Below, piece after piece: positions 1-8,332 of a stretch of DNA of 24,224 bases. Below the pieces are notes generated by a model. That model made no database searches and had not been told where the DNA came from. It was given only the letters and a program-made list of their open reading frames with translations. A program made the position numbers and the translations under genes. The first letter of the stretch is position 1, and each line of letters starts with the position of its first letter. Source of the DNA: a virus (Duplodnaviria; Caudoviricetes); IMG/VR virus record IMGVR_UViG_3300005512_000324, positions 1 through 24,224 of that record, one strand, 5' to 3'.

Positions 1-183
1 ATATGCTGCTCACAACTGGCATTCGTTCATGACGAACTGCAGTTTGAGTGCGACCCTACACATGCAAAAGATTTATCAACATCCTTGGTATACAGCGCTG
101 CAGCGGCTGGCGAGTTCTACAACCTCAGAATCCCAATCGCAGCAGAAGCCAAAATCGGAGGAAACTGGGCAGAGGTGCACTGA
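1..183 (+). CDS. DNA polymerase family A (T7 gp5-like), C-terminal fragment (5' partial)
   Basis: Frame 1 reads ICCSQLAFVHDELQFECDPTHAKDLSTSLVYSAAAAGEFYNLRIPIAAEAKIGGNWAEVH*. It has Pol A motif C (VHDE) and the T7-type C-terminus G-x-NW-x-E-x-H. The stop overlaps the next start (TGATG). Confidence 0.93.
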   Translation: MCCSQLAFVHDELQFECDPTHAKDLSTSLVYSAAAAGEFYNLRIPIAAEAKIGGNWAEVH

Positions 184-941
184 TGAAGCTGTACATCGAC
201 GCTGATTATATTGTCTATAAAGGTTGTGCTGGCGCAGAGACAGAGATTGACTGGGGATCCGACGTGATCATGGTTACATCAAAGTTCTCTGAGGCTTACA
301 AGAACATACTTAAAGACATCAATAAAATCGTTGGAGAGTTCGGTGGGTTCAGTGAACCTGTCCTGTTCTTCTCTGACTCCATAAATTTTAGGAAAAAAAT
401 TCTCCCTAGTTACAAGGGACATCGAAACAGAAAGAAGCCGTGTGGCTACAAACGTGTCATCAACAAACTCAAGACTGAGTATGAGGTGGTGATTATGGAA
501 ACCCTTGAGGCAGATGATGCCATGGGGATTTATGCCACAAAATTTTCAGGCAATGTCATCGTCTCACCTGACAAGGACATGCGACAGATCCCAGGATCTT
601 TGTACAACCTTGACGAGAAGTTGACTGTGAACAAAGCCGAGGGTGCCAAGTGGCATCTGATCCAAACACTTGCAGGTGACCAAACCGATGGTTACTCAGG
701 TGCACCTGGCGTAGGTGTGAAGAGAGCAGAGGTTCTGTTCGACAAGCACGGCTACAACTGGGAAACCGTAGTCAATGTGTTCAAAGAAAAGGGTCTCGGT
801 GAGGAGATTGCTTTACAGAATGCTCGACTCGCAAAGATCCTTACTGTAGATGACTATGACTTCAAACAACGAGCTCCAATTCTCTGGACCCCCACCCCCG
901 ATTACAGAATTGACGATGGAGCAGAGCTTCAAGCTGCGTAG
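183..941 (+). CDS. 5'-3' exonuclease (T7 gp6-like)
   Basis: The true start is probably ATG183 (TGATG coupling). Motifs: IDAD, NFRK...YKGHR, LEADD, SPDKDMRQIPG and AGDQTDGYSGAPGVG (H3TH). Position after the polymerase matches T7. Confidence 0.93.
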   Translation: MKLYIDADYIVYKGCAGAETEIDWGSDVIMVTSKFSEAYKNILKDINKIVGEFGGFSEPVLFFSDSINFRKKILPSYKGHRNRKKPCGYKRVINKLKTEYEVVIMETLEADDAMGIYATKFSGNVIVSPDKDMRQIPGSLYNLDEKLTVNKAEGAKWHLIQTLAGDQTDGYSGAPGVGVKRAEVLFDKHGYNWETVVNVFKEKGLGEEIALQNARLAKILTVDDYDFKQRAPILWTPTPDYRIDDGAELQAA

Positions 942-1089
942 GATGAGAGACATGATGCCTGAAGCATCTAAAGAAGATCTCATTACTATCCTTGATGCTC
1001 TGCAGCATCAGAACTTCTGTTTATGTAATACCGTTAGTAATTTAGTAAAAAATTGGCCCGCCCGTCCTACTACACCCGAGGCACAATAG
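850..1089 (+). CDS. nblA: NblA-like phycobilisome degradation adaptor, overlapping both neighbours
   Basis: ELTMEQSFKLRRMRDMMPEASKEDLITILDALQHQNFCLCNTVSNLVKNW matches the NblA pattern (LS/TxEQxF, two helices, terminal W). An in-frame TAG at 847-849 fixes the maximal start. Alternative ATGs are at 856 and 916. Confidence 0.78.
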   Translation: MTMTSNNELQFSGPPPPITELTMEQSFKLRRMRDMMPEASKEDLITILDALQHQNFCLCNTVSNLVKNWPARPTTPEAQ

Positions 1090-1328
1090 AAGTCTGGGAC
1101 TTCATTCGTGATCAAGAGCTTAACTACTTTCTCGGGAACGCAATCAAATACATCTGCCGTGCTGGTTATAAAGACAGCAAAATAGATGACCTCCACAAAG
1201 CTATCACCTACTTAGAGAAAGAATTAGAAAATGTCACTGCTATCCAACACAGCGATCGAGTTCCGCAACGCTTTTCAGATACCCAACTGTTTGAGTGGCC
1301 GACAGATGCAGAAGAATTTGATCGTTGA
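1053..1328 (+). CDS. DUF3310-family protein (related to T7 gp1.7 nucleotide kinase)
   Basis: PSYYTRGTIEVWDFI...YFLGNAIKYICRAGYK...DDLHKAITYLEKEL pattern; TTG start. Confidence 0.8.
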   Translation: MARPSYYTRGTIEVWDFIRDQELNYFLGNAIKYICRAGYKDSKIDDLHKAITYLEKELENVTAIQHSDRVPQRFSDTQLFEWPTDAEEFDR

Positions 1329-1599
1329 GGAGTTCAAAGAGTTTCTAGAAGCTGATCACCAAATGGCAATGATGCATCCTCCTGATAGGGAGGCATGCCT
1401 TAAAGAACTTGCCGACCTTATCTATGTCTGCGCTCAGTACGCAGAGAACATGAACTGGGATATCGAGCAAGCATTGCGTCGTGTCCATGCATCCAATATG
1501 TCCAAGCTTGGTGAAGACGGTAAACCGATCTACCGCGAGGACGGCAAAGTCCTCAAAGGACCTAACTATCAACCACCTGATTTGTCAGATCTTGTTTAA
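1231..1599 (+). CDS. MazG-like all-alpha nucleoside triphosphate pyrophosphohydrolase
   Basis: EEFKE and LKELADLIYV metal-binding motifs, plus VHASNMSKLG..GKPIYREDGKVLKGPNYQPPDL, typical of the phage and DR2231-like MazG-type subgroup. Confidence 0.88.
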   Translation: MSLLSNTAIEFRNAFQIPNCLSGRQMQKNLIVEEFKEFLEADHQMAMMHPPDREACLKELADLIYVCAQYAENMNWDIEQALRRVHASNMSKLGEDGKPIYREDGKVLKGPNYQPPDLSDLV

Positions 1600-2966
1600 T
1601 GTCTAATCTTATTTCCCGTACTGGTCGCGTCCAAAGCTGGATCGATGACCCATCATCTCGTTTACCTGTCAGCTGCACAATCTTCCGCGTTAGTAATGAA
1701 ATGGAAGGGAGTGAAGGTATCGAAGCAAGCTGGCGCTTTGTATCACACGCTCTGCGCTTTGGTGCTGGTGTAGCTGTCCACCTGTCCGACCTTGATCCCA
1801 AAGGATACGTCCGACCGTCAGGTGTAACTGCTAGCGGTCCTGTTTCTTTTGGCAAAATCTATTCCACTCTTAATGAAATCCTTCGCAGGGGTGGTCATTA
1901 CAAGAACGGTGCTGTGGTCCTTCATCTTGATCTCGACCATGCTGATGTTCTTGAGTTTATTCAAACCCCCCGACACGAGCTTTCTTGGGTCAAGCGGTGT
2001 GTCAATCTTACCCCCGAAATGTGGGAAGAAACACCTCACAAAGAAGCGCTACTTCAAGGGATCAAACAAGGCGACATCTGGCTAAACAAAATCAAGTATG
2101 ACCGAAATGGTAACCGTATCCGAGGCAACGTTTGTCTCGAAGTGTACTTGCCTAGCCGAGGAACCTGTCTCCTACAGCATATTAATCTTGGAGCCTGTGA
2201 GTTCGATGACATTCCAAAAGCTTTCGTCGAAGGTATGTCTGAATTGTGTGCATTGCATGGAACCACTGGAGTTGACAAGAGTGGTGAATACCTCTCACCC
2301 AAAACAGACCGACAAGTCGGCCTTGGAATGCTCGGACTTGCGAATCTCCTTAGACGTGTAGGCGTTAGTTATGAACAATTTGGACGTGCACTTGAACAAT
2401 ACAACCGTGGCGAGATTGTCCAGACACCTGCATTCGAGCTGGTCTCTCAATTCGCTTCCGGCATCGAGTCTGCTGCAAGCATCGCACGCAGTTACTCGAT
2501 GGACCGAGCTTTTGCAATCGCTCCTACTGCGAGCTGTAGCTACCGCAGCAAGGATGTAGATGGTTACACCTGCACTCCTGAGATTGCACCACCTATTTCC
2601 CGTGTCGTTGACCGGGACAGTGGCACCTTTGGTGTCCAATCATATTTCTATGGCGATGTAGAGATTGCATCAGAGGTTGGCTGGGACGCATACAAGCGTG
2701 TGGCTGACGGCATGATGACTTTGCTAGATCGCACTGGGCTTCTTCACGGGTATAGCTTCAACAGCTGGAGTGATGTTGTTACTTATGACAACGCCTTTAT
2801 CGAAGAGTGGCTAAAGAGTCCCCAGACATCTCTGTATTACTCACTCCAAGTGATGGGTGATACACAAGATAAATCGGACGTTTATGCTGCCATCAAAGAA
2901 GATATTGATGACTACCTCGCTGATTTATTAAATGATAAAGAACCTACCTGTGACTGTCAAGAATGA
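1599..2966 (+). CDS. nrdA: Ribonucleotide reductase, compact class I alpha subunit
   Basis: Motifs PVSC, GNVCLE (thiyl-radical NxCxE), GTCLL, VGLGMLG, AIAPTAS, TSLYY (class I radical-relay YY pair) and C-terminal CDC. It is 455 aa with no ATP-cone. Confidence 0.9.
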   Translation: MSNLISRTGRVQSWIDDPSSRLPVSCTIFRVSNEMEGSEGIEASWRFVSHALRFGAGVAVHLSDLDPKGYVRPSGVTASGPVSFGKIYSTLNEILRRGGHYKNGAVVLHLDLDHADVLEFIQTPRHELSWVKRCVNLTPEMWEETPHKEALLQGIKQGDIWLNKIKYDRNGNRIRGNVCLEVYLPSRGTCLLQHINLGACEFDDIPKAFVEGMSELCALHGTTGVDKSGEYLSPKTDRQVGLGMLGLANLLRRVGVSYEQFGRALEQYNRGEIVQTPAFELVSQFASGIESAASIARSYSMDRAFAIAPTASCSYRSKDVDGYTCTPEIAPPISRVVDRDSGTFGVQSYFYGDVEIASEVGWDAYKRVADGMMTLLDRTGLLHGYSFNSWSDVVTYDNAFIEEWLKSPQTSLYYSLQVMGDTQDKSDVYAAIKEDIDDYLADLLNDKEPTCDCQE

Positions 2967-3682
2967 AGAAACATCCTTATCAACAACTACAAGAACGCAA
3001 GCGGACGTGGACTCCTGTAGCTACTACCAAAGGCAAATGCAAAGAGGGAGCGGAGGAGACACTCCGCCGTGCACTTGCCTTGCGACATATGGAACTACCT
3101 GTGGGAGATTTTATTCGTGATGCGCTCGCCTCTGAAGTTCCATTTCTCGCACGTGAAATATTGGAGAGCAATGTCCAAGACGAGATTAAGCACGACAGGG
3201 CTCTGGGTTATGTCGCCGATGCTTGGGGCGTTGATCCGAAAGCTGAACAGGAAGCCATCGCACTCCGTAATGCGTGGACAGAACATCCTGATCACACTGT
3301 CCTCAAAGCCATGGTTGCTGAACGTGCAATTTTTTTCGTCCTATTACCCTTCATGCGGTTTAATGGTGACGCGGGAATGCGAACTGTCAGCGCTGACATC
3401 AGTAGAGACGAGCAAGTTCACGTCGCAACAAATAGTTTGGTTTGTAGAGAGCTTGGGCTGGAGACTTCGCCGTCTCTGGATAAACTCCGTAAGGCGACTA
3501 TTGCCTGGGTCATGCAACCACTAGGCAAAAGTGACGATAAATATTTGGACAAAAAATTTTGGCTAGATTCTAGTGATCGGCTGATGTATGAGGGTAAAGC
3601 ACCACAACTTGCTGACACACAGCGAGCACGGATGCCTGCCTTCTTTGAACATGCAAATCAAAACCTCCCGCAGTATGCTTAA
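2963..3682 (+). CDS. nrdB: Ribonucleotide reductase class I beta subunit (ferritin-like)
   Basis: Di-metal ligands E (HMELP), DEIKH, E (VAERA) and DEQVH; C-terminal Tyr (LPQYA); ATGA overlap with the alpha subunit gene. Confidence 0.85.
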   Translation: MKKHPYQQLQERKRTWTPVATTKGKCKEGAEETLRRALALRHMELPVGDFIRDALASEVPFLAREILESNVQDEIKHDRALGYVADAWGVDPKAEQEAIALRNAWTEHPDHTVLKAMVAERAIFFVLLPFMRFNGDAGMRTVSADISRDEQVHVATNSLVCRELGLETSPSLDKLRKATIAWVMQPLGKSDDKYLDKKFWLDSSDRLMYEGKAPQLADTQRARMPAFFEHANQNLPQYA

Positions 3683-3836
3683 CTTCCTGACACCTGAAAA
3701 GTTGTTGGCAGAGTTAGAGAATACATTTCCACCTGCCTTTACTGGACCAGAAGATAAAATCACCCACATAATGTTCCGCGCTGGTCAGCAGAGCATCATC
3801 GATTGGATCAAACAACGACTCACTGAAGATGAGTAA
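3675..3836 (+). CDS. Small hypothetical phage protein (53 aa)
   Basis: MLNFLTPEKLLAELENTFPPAFTGPEDKITHIMFRAGQQSIIDWIKQRLTEDE from ATG3675, overlapping the nrdB stop. It fills the gap exactly and has a globular composition. Confidence 0.7.
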   Translation: MLNFLTPEKLLAELENTFPPAFTGPEDKITHIMFRAGQQSIIDWIKQRLTEDE

Positions 3837-4719
3837 AAGATTTAATAGGTTCCTACGGATGGCAGCACAGCGAGGCATCAACGTGGGTGACATCAACCAA
3901 GCTTCGCAAACCTTTACTGCTGCTCCTCGAAACCAGCCAAAACCGAAACCAAAACCGAAACCAAAACCAGCACCGCCGCCGCCGCCAAAACCAGCACCAC
4001 CTGTAAAGAAAAACACAGTGACCCTTAAGCCACTTGTTAACAGGAAAGGTAAGGTTGTTGGTTACGGTCATTTCAAAGGTGATGAAGTTCAGGATCGTTC
4101 AAAGATCCCCACGTCAGCACCTAAAACTCCAGCTGCAAAACAGAAACTAGCAGCAGCTGTTGCTGCTACCCCAAAAAATCAAATCACACCCGCTGCACAG
4201 AAGAAACAAGCTGAAGTAGTAAATTCTAACATGCCTAAACTAACTAAAGCACAAAAAAAATTTAATCAATACATCCGTAGTCTTCCTACTGATGGAAGTG
4301 CTGGTGATATCAACCAAATTTCACGTTCTTATATTGAAAGCGGTCAAGGTGGTGCTGCATTGCAAAACCAATTGCAGGATGACTCAGCACAAAGAGCAGC
4401 CGCCGCACAACAAGCAGCACTAGAAGCACAACAAAAAAGACTTGCGGACTTGCAAGCACAACGTAACGAACAAGCGAGACAGGCTGCAGCAGAAGCTGCA
4501 CGTCAAGCAGCAATTGCTGAGGCACGTCGCAAACAACTTGAGGCACAACGAACAGTAGGTTCTGCTTCAGGACGTGGCGGTCTAAAACTCACTGGAGTCA
4601 AAGAACGTTCCCAACGCGCAACTCGTCGTTCACGCCGTCAGTCTCTATCTTCTAATCAACTTAACCTCAATAAACGTCTAGCTAGTTTGTTGAAGGTTGG
4701 TAATCTTAACCTGGGTTAA
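3829..4719 (+). CDS. Basic, low-complexity protein at the T7 gp7.3-like position (putative virion assembly or ejected protein)
   Basis: 296 aa, rich in Pro, Lys, Ala and Gln, with a basic C-terminus ending in GNLNLG, directly upstream of the portal gene. Function is inferred from synteny only. Confidence 0.6.
   Translation: MSKRFNRFLRMAAQRGINVGDINQASQTFTAAPRNQPKPKPKPKPKPAPPPPPKPAPPVKKNTVTLKPLVNRKGKVVGYGHFKGDEVQDRSKIPTSAPKTPAAKQKLAAAVAATPKNQITPAAQKKQAEVVNSNMPKLTKAQKKFNQYIRSLPTDGSAGDINQISRSYIESGQGGAALQNQLQDDSAQRAAAAQQAALEAQQKRLADLQAQRNEQARQAAAEAARQAAIAEARRKQLEAQRTVGSASGRGGLKLTGVKERSQRATRRSRRQSLSSNQLNLNKRLASLLKVGNLNLG
3937..4000 (+). repeat. Hexamer tandem repeat (CCAAAA/CCGAAA) plus CCG run encoding PKPKPKPKPKPAPPPPPKPAPP
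   Basis: Directly visible: ccaaaaccgaaaccaaaaccgaaaccaaaaccagcaccgccgccgccgccaaaaccagca. Confidence 0.85.
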
Positions 4720-4723
4720 TTAA

Positions 4724-6277
4724 ATGACAGCTAAAGCTAGGTACGATGCACTTTCTAGTGTCCGTTCACACTATCTAGACATCGCTGTTCAATGCTCTGA
4801 GCTTACACTTCCTTATCTCATCACTCGTGATGAACAAAGGCCAACCTATAAATCCCTTACGCAACCTTGGCAATCCGTAGGTGCTAAGGCGGTAGTCACC
4901 CTGGCATCCAAGTTGATGCTGGCTCTGCTGCCGCCTCAAACTACGTTTTTTAAGTTCCAAATTGCAGACGAAAAACTAGGCACTGAAATGCCTGCAGAGA
5001 TTCGTTCTGAACTGGACCTTAGCTTTGCCAAACTTGAGCGTATGGTGATGGACTCAATCGCTGCTTCTAGTGATCGAGTCACGGTACACCAAGCAATTAA
5101 ACATTTGGTTGTTGGTGGTAACGCCTTACTGTTTATGGGTAAGGAAGGTATTAAGCACTATCCATTGAACCGTTATGTCGTAGAGCGTGATGGAAACGGC
5201 AACGTAATTGAAATCGTTACCAAAGAACTTATCGATAAAAAGCTTCTTCCTAAGGAGCTGCAAGATAAAGCACAAGTAAGAAGCCAAGACATTTCAATGA
5301 GTCTTGGCAGTAATGATGTAGAAGTCTACACTCATTGCAAACTTCAGAACAACCGATGGGTCTGGCACCAAGAGTGCATGGACATGAAGATTCCTGGTTC
5401 TGAAAGTAAAGCACCGAAAGATGCTTCACCATTTTTGGTCCTGAGGTTCAACTCTGTTGACGGAGAAAACTACGGACGCGGAAGAGTAGAAGAATTTATT
5501 GGTGATCTACGTTCACTCGAAGCACTCTCTCAGGCCATTACAGAAGGCTCTGCAGCAGCTGCAAAAGTGATCTTCCTAGTGTCACCATCATCTACTACAA
5601 AACCACAGACTCTGAGCAAAGCAGGCAACGGTGCGATCATCCAAGGCCGACCAGATGATGTTGGTGTAGTGCAAGTTGGTAAGACTGCTGACTTTGCTAC
5701 GGCGCTGCAACAGATGCAGACGCTTGAGCGACGCATTGCTGAGGCATTCCTTGTGTTGACCGTACGACAAAGCGAACGGACAACTGCAGAGGAAGTGCGT
5801 CTTACTCAACTTGAACTGGAGCAACAGCTTGGTGGGCTCTTTAGCCTGCTAACTGTTGAGTTCCTTGTTCCTTATCTCAACCGCAAACTGTTGACTATGA
5901 CACGTTCTGGTCAGCTTCCAAGGTACCCAAAGAACCTTGTTAAACCTACCATTGTTGCCGGTATCAATGCACTTGGTAGGGGTCAGGATCGTGAATCCCT
6001 GACCAGCTTCATCATGACTATTTCTCAGACCCTTGGACCTGAGGCAATGATGAAGTTTCTGAATCCAGATGAAGCTATCAAACGTCTTGCTGCTGCACAA
6101 GGTATTGATGTACTTAACCTTGTGAAGTCTATGGAAGAACAACAAGCTGAAGCTCAACAACAGCAACAGCAAGCACAAGATCTGGAGATGACTAAGCAGA
6201 TGGGTCAGATGGCATCAGCTCCTATAAATGATCCGTCTAAAAACCCTGCACTTTCTGATGAACCACCTACTGAATAA
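4724..6277 (+). CDS. Portal / head-tail connector protein (T7 gp8-like)
   Basis: Motifs PWQSVGAKAVVTLASKLMLALLPP, YVVERDGNGNV, GENYGRGRVEE, RTTAEEVR and ALGRGQD, with a Q-rich C-terminus. Confidence 0.96.
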   Translation: MTAKARYDALSSVRSHYLDIAVQCSELTLPYLITRDEQRPTYKSLTQPWQSVGAKAVVTLASKLMLALLPPQTTFFKFQIADEKLGTEMPAEIRSELDLSFAKLERMVMDSIAASSDRVTVHQAIKHLVVGGNALLFMGKEGIKHYPLNRYVVERDGNGNVIEIVTKELIDKKLLPKELQDKAQVRSQDISMSLGSNDVEVYTHCKLQNNRWVWHQECMDMKIPGSESKAPKDASPFLVLRFNSVDGENYGRGRVEEFIGDLRSLEALSQAITEGSAAAAKVIFLVSPSSTTKPQTLSKAGNGAIIQGRPDDVGVVQVGKTADFATALQQMQTLERRIAEAFLVLTVRQSERTTAEEVRLTQLELEQQLGGLFSLLTVEFLVPYLNRKLLTMTRSGQLPRYPKNLVKPTIVAGINALGRGQDRESLTSFIMTISQTLGPEAMMKFLNPDEAIKRLAAAQGIDVLNLVKSMEEQQAEAQQQQQQAQDLEMTKQMGQMASAPINDPSKNPALSDEPPTE

Positions 6278-7008
6278 TGGCAGAAATTCTTACAAATGAT
6301 CAAAGCGTACCTGCAGAAGTTATGGCAGCCCAAGAGGCAGACATTGCTGACTCGTTGCGGGTAGGTGAAGAGCTGGAAGCTGCACATCAGCAGCGACTGG
6401 CTGGTAAATATAAAAATACTGAAGAGCTAGAAGCTGCTTATCTTGAGCTTCAAAAAAAACTAGGGAGCCAAGATAACGATGTGCAAGAAGAGTCTGAAGA
6501 AGCTCCTGAAATCGATTGGCTGGCAGAAGCAACCCGTGCCATCAACGAAAGCGGACAACTCTCAGAAGAGTTAACTCAACAGATTTCTGGGATGGATCCT
6601 CTTGATGTATTCCAAGCCATGAAAGATGGCTATACAGAAACTCCTGATCTAACTCAAGAGCAAGTGAATTCTGTTACCAATGCCGTTGGTGGTGTTGAGG
6701 CTTATCAAAACCTTGTTCAATGGGCTCAAGATAATTGGGATCCTGCACAAGTTGCATCCTTTGATCAAGTGATGGAATCTGGTGACATCAACAACATTAT
6801 GTTTGCTGTCCAAGCTTTGTACTACAACTATACTGATTCAATGGGAAGCGACGGAAACACCCTGCAAGGTAAACCTGCTCAAGCACAATCCGGTTACCGC
6901 AGCCAACAAGAACTAATTCAAGCTATGAACGATCCCCGGTACGACAACGATCCAGCGTACCGGCAAGATGTTATTGACAAACTGGATCGTTCTAATCTTC
7001 AATTCTAA
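6277..7008 (+). CDS. Capsid assembly (scaffolding) protein (T7 gp9-like)
   Basis: Acidic protein with LAGKYK..EELEAAYLELQKKLG, VGGxEAYQNLVQWA and C-terminal AMNDPRYDNDPAYRQDV. Confidence 0.93.
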   Translation: MAEILTNDQSVPAEVMAAQEADIADSLRVGEELEAAHQQRLAGKYKNTEELEAAYLELQKKLGSQDNDVQEESEEAPEIDWLAEATRAINESGQLSEELTQQISGMDPLDVFQAMKDGYTETPDLTQEQVNSVTNAVGGVEAYQNLVQWAQDNWDPAQVASFDQVMESGDINNIMFAVQALYYNYTDSMGSDGNTLQGKPAQAQSGYRSQQELIQAMNDPRYDNDPAYRQDVIDKLDRSNLQF

Positions 7009-7014
7009 ATATAA

Positions 7015-8094
7015 ATGACGGCTACTATCGCACTTCAAAGTCCCAAATCTATTTGGGATAAATATTGTGAGTGGGTTAGCAGCACTGAGAACCGGCTGTA
7101 TGTAGGACACTTCGGTGTCCTCATGGTGCCTTGTCTACTGGCAGCTACCACTTGTTTCATTGTTGCATTTATTGCAGCACCACCTGTTGATATCGATGGC
7201 ATCCGTGAGCCGGTTGCTGGATCACTTCTCTATGGAAACAACATCATCTCAGGAGCAGTCGTACCCAGCTCCAACGCAATCGGACTACATCTCTATTCCA
7301 TCTGGGAAGCAGCCAGTCTCGACGAATGGCTCTACAACGGAGGACCATACCAACTTGTGGTCTTCCACTTTCTCATCGGTGTCTTCGCTTACATGGGACG
7401 CGAATGGGAACTTAGTTATCGACTCGGAATGAGGCCGTGGATTTTTGTCGCATATTCAGCACCTGTTGCAGCGGCTACCGCTGTCTTCCTGGTTTACCCC
7501 TTCGGTCAAGGATCGTTCAGTGACGGGATGCCACTTGGTATCTCAGGCACCTTCAACTACATGCTTGTTTTCCAAGCAGAACACAACATCCTTATGCACC
7601 CTTTCCACATGCTTGGCGTTGCTGGTGTATTTGGTGGCAGTCTCTTTAGTGCTATGCACGGATCTCTCGTCACCTCCTCGCTTGTTCGGGAGACTACCGA
7701 GACGGAATCCCAAAATTATGGATACAAGTTTGGTCAAGAGGAAGAGACTTACAACATCGTTGCCGCACACGGTTACTTCGGACGTTTGATCTTCCAATAT
7801 GCATCTTTTAATAACTCACGTAGTCTTCACTTCTTCCTGGCTGCCTGGCCTGTGGTGGGTATCTGGTTTACCGCACTCGGCGTAAGCACTATGGCGTTCA
7901 ACCTAAACGGCTTCAACTTCAACCAATCTATCCAGGCAGCTGATGGCAGAGTCATCAACACCTGGGCTGACATCCTGAACCGAGCTGGTCTTGGTATGGA
8001 AGTCATGCACGAGCGTAATGCTCACAACTTTCCGCTTGACTTGGCTGCAGCTGAGTCCACTCCTATCGCACTTACTTCACCTTCTATTGGTTAA
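7015..8094 (+). CDS. psbA: Photosystem II D1 reaction-centre protein (phage AMG)
   Basis: Unmistakable D1 sequence ([38 protein letters not shown]). It is uninterrupted, and the Mn-cluster ligands and YZ are intact. Confidence 0.99.
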   Translation: MTATIALQSPKSIWDKYCEWVSSTENRLYVGHFGVLMVPCLLAATTCFIVAFIAAPPVDIDGIREPVAGSLLYGNNIISGAVVPSSNAIGLHLYSIWEAASLDEWLYNGGPYQLVVFHFLIGVFAYMGREWELSYRLGMRPWIFVAYSAPVAAATAVFLVYPFGQGSFSDGMPLGISGTFNYMLVFQAEHNILMHPFHMLGVAGVFGGSLFSAMHGSLVTSSLVRETTETESQNYGYKFGQEEETYNIVAAHGYFGRLIFQYASFNNSRSLHFFLAAWPVVGIWFTALGVSTMAFNLNGFNFNQSIQAADGRVINTWADILNRAGLGMEVMHERNAHNFPLDLAAAESTPIALTSPSIG

Positions 8095-8264
8095 TGAACG
8101 ATACTCAAATTTGGCCTACTGAACCTCGTATGTATATCGACGAAAACTCTATCCCTCATAACGAACGCGCCGAGCGTCTTAATGGCAGGCTTGCCATGCT
8201 CGGCGTGATGGCAGCGCTTGGTGCGTATGCCGTGACTGGTCAACTTATCCCTGGAATTTGGTGA
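8094..8264 (+). CDS. hli: High-light inducible protein (56 aa; not in ORF track)
   Basis: [56 protein letters not shown] has the AExxNGRxAMxG chlorophyll-binding motif and the TGQxIPGI(F/W) tail. TAATG overlap with psbA. Confidence 0.96.
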   Translation: MNDTQIWPTEPRMYIDENSIPHNERAERLNGRLAMLGVMAALGAYAVTGQLIPGIW

Positions 8265-8332
8265 TGCCTGGACACTACGGACACGGAACAAAAAAAGGAA
8301 ATAAAGGCTCTAAAAAAGGAGCTAAAAAGTAA
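8264..8332 (+). CDS. 22-aa Lys/Gly-rich micro-ORF
   Basis: MPGHYGHGTKKGNKGSKKGAKK*. Its start overlaps the hli stop (TGATG) and its stop overlaps the next start (TAATG). Confidence 0.65.
   Translation: MPGHYGHGTKKGNKGSKKGAKK

Noticed and set aside
48-182. N-terminal extension of the exonuclease ORF in the track
   Set aside because: It overlaps the DNA polymerase C-terminus. The homologous-looking sequence begins at the coupled ATG183.
1599-2966. Class II (B12-dependent, nrdJ) RNR assignment
   Set aside because: The YY pair and an adjacent ferritin-like beta subunit indicate class I.
3069-3524. 151-aa alternative-frame + ORF inside nrdB
   Set aside because: No motif or initiation context; consistent with a chance open frame.
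7015-8094. Intron or homing endonuclease in psbA
   Set aside because: The reading frame is continuous and of normal length (359 aa).
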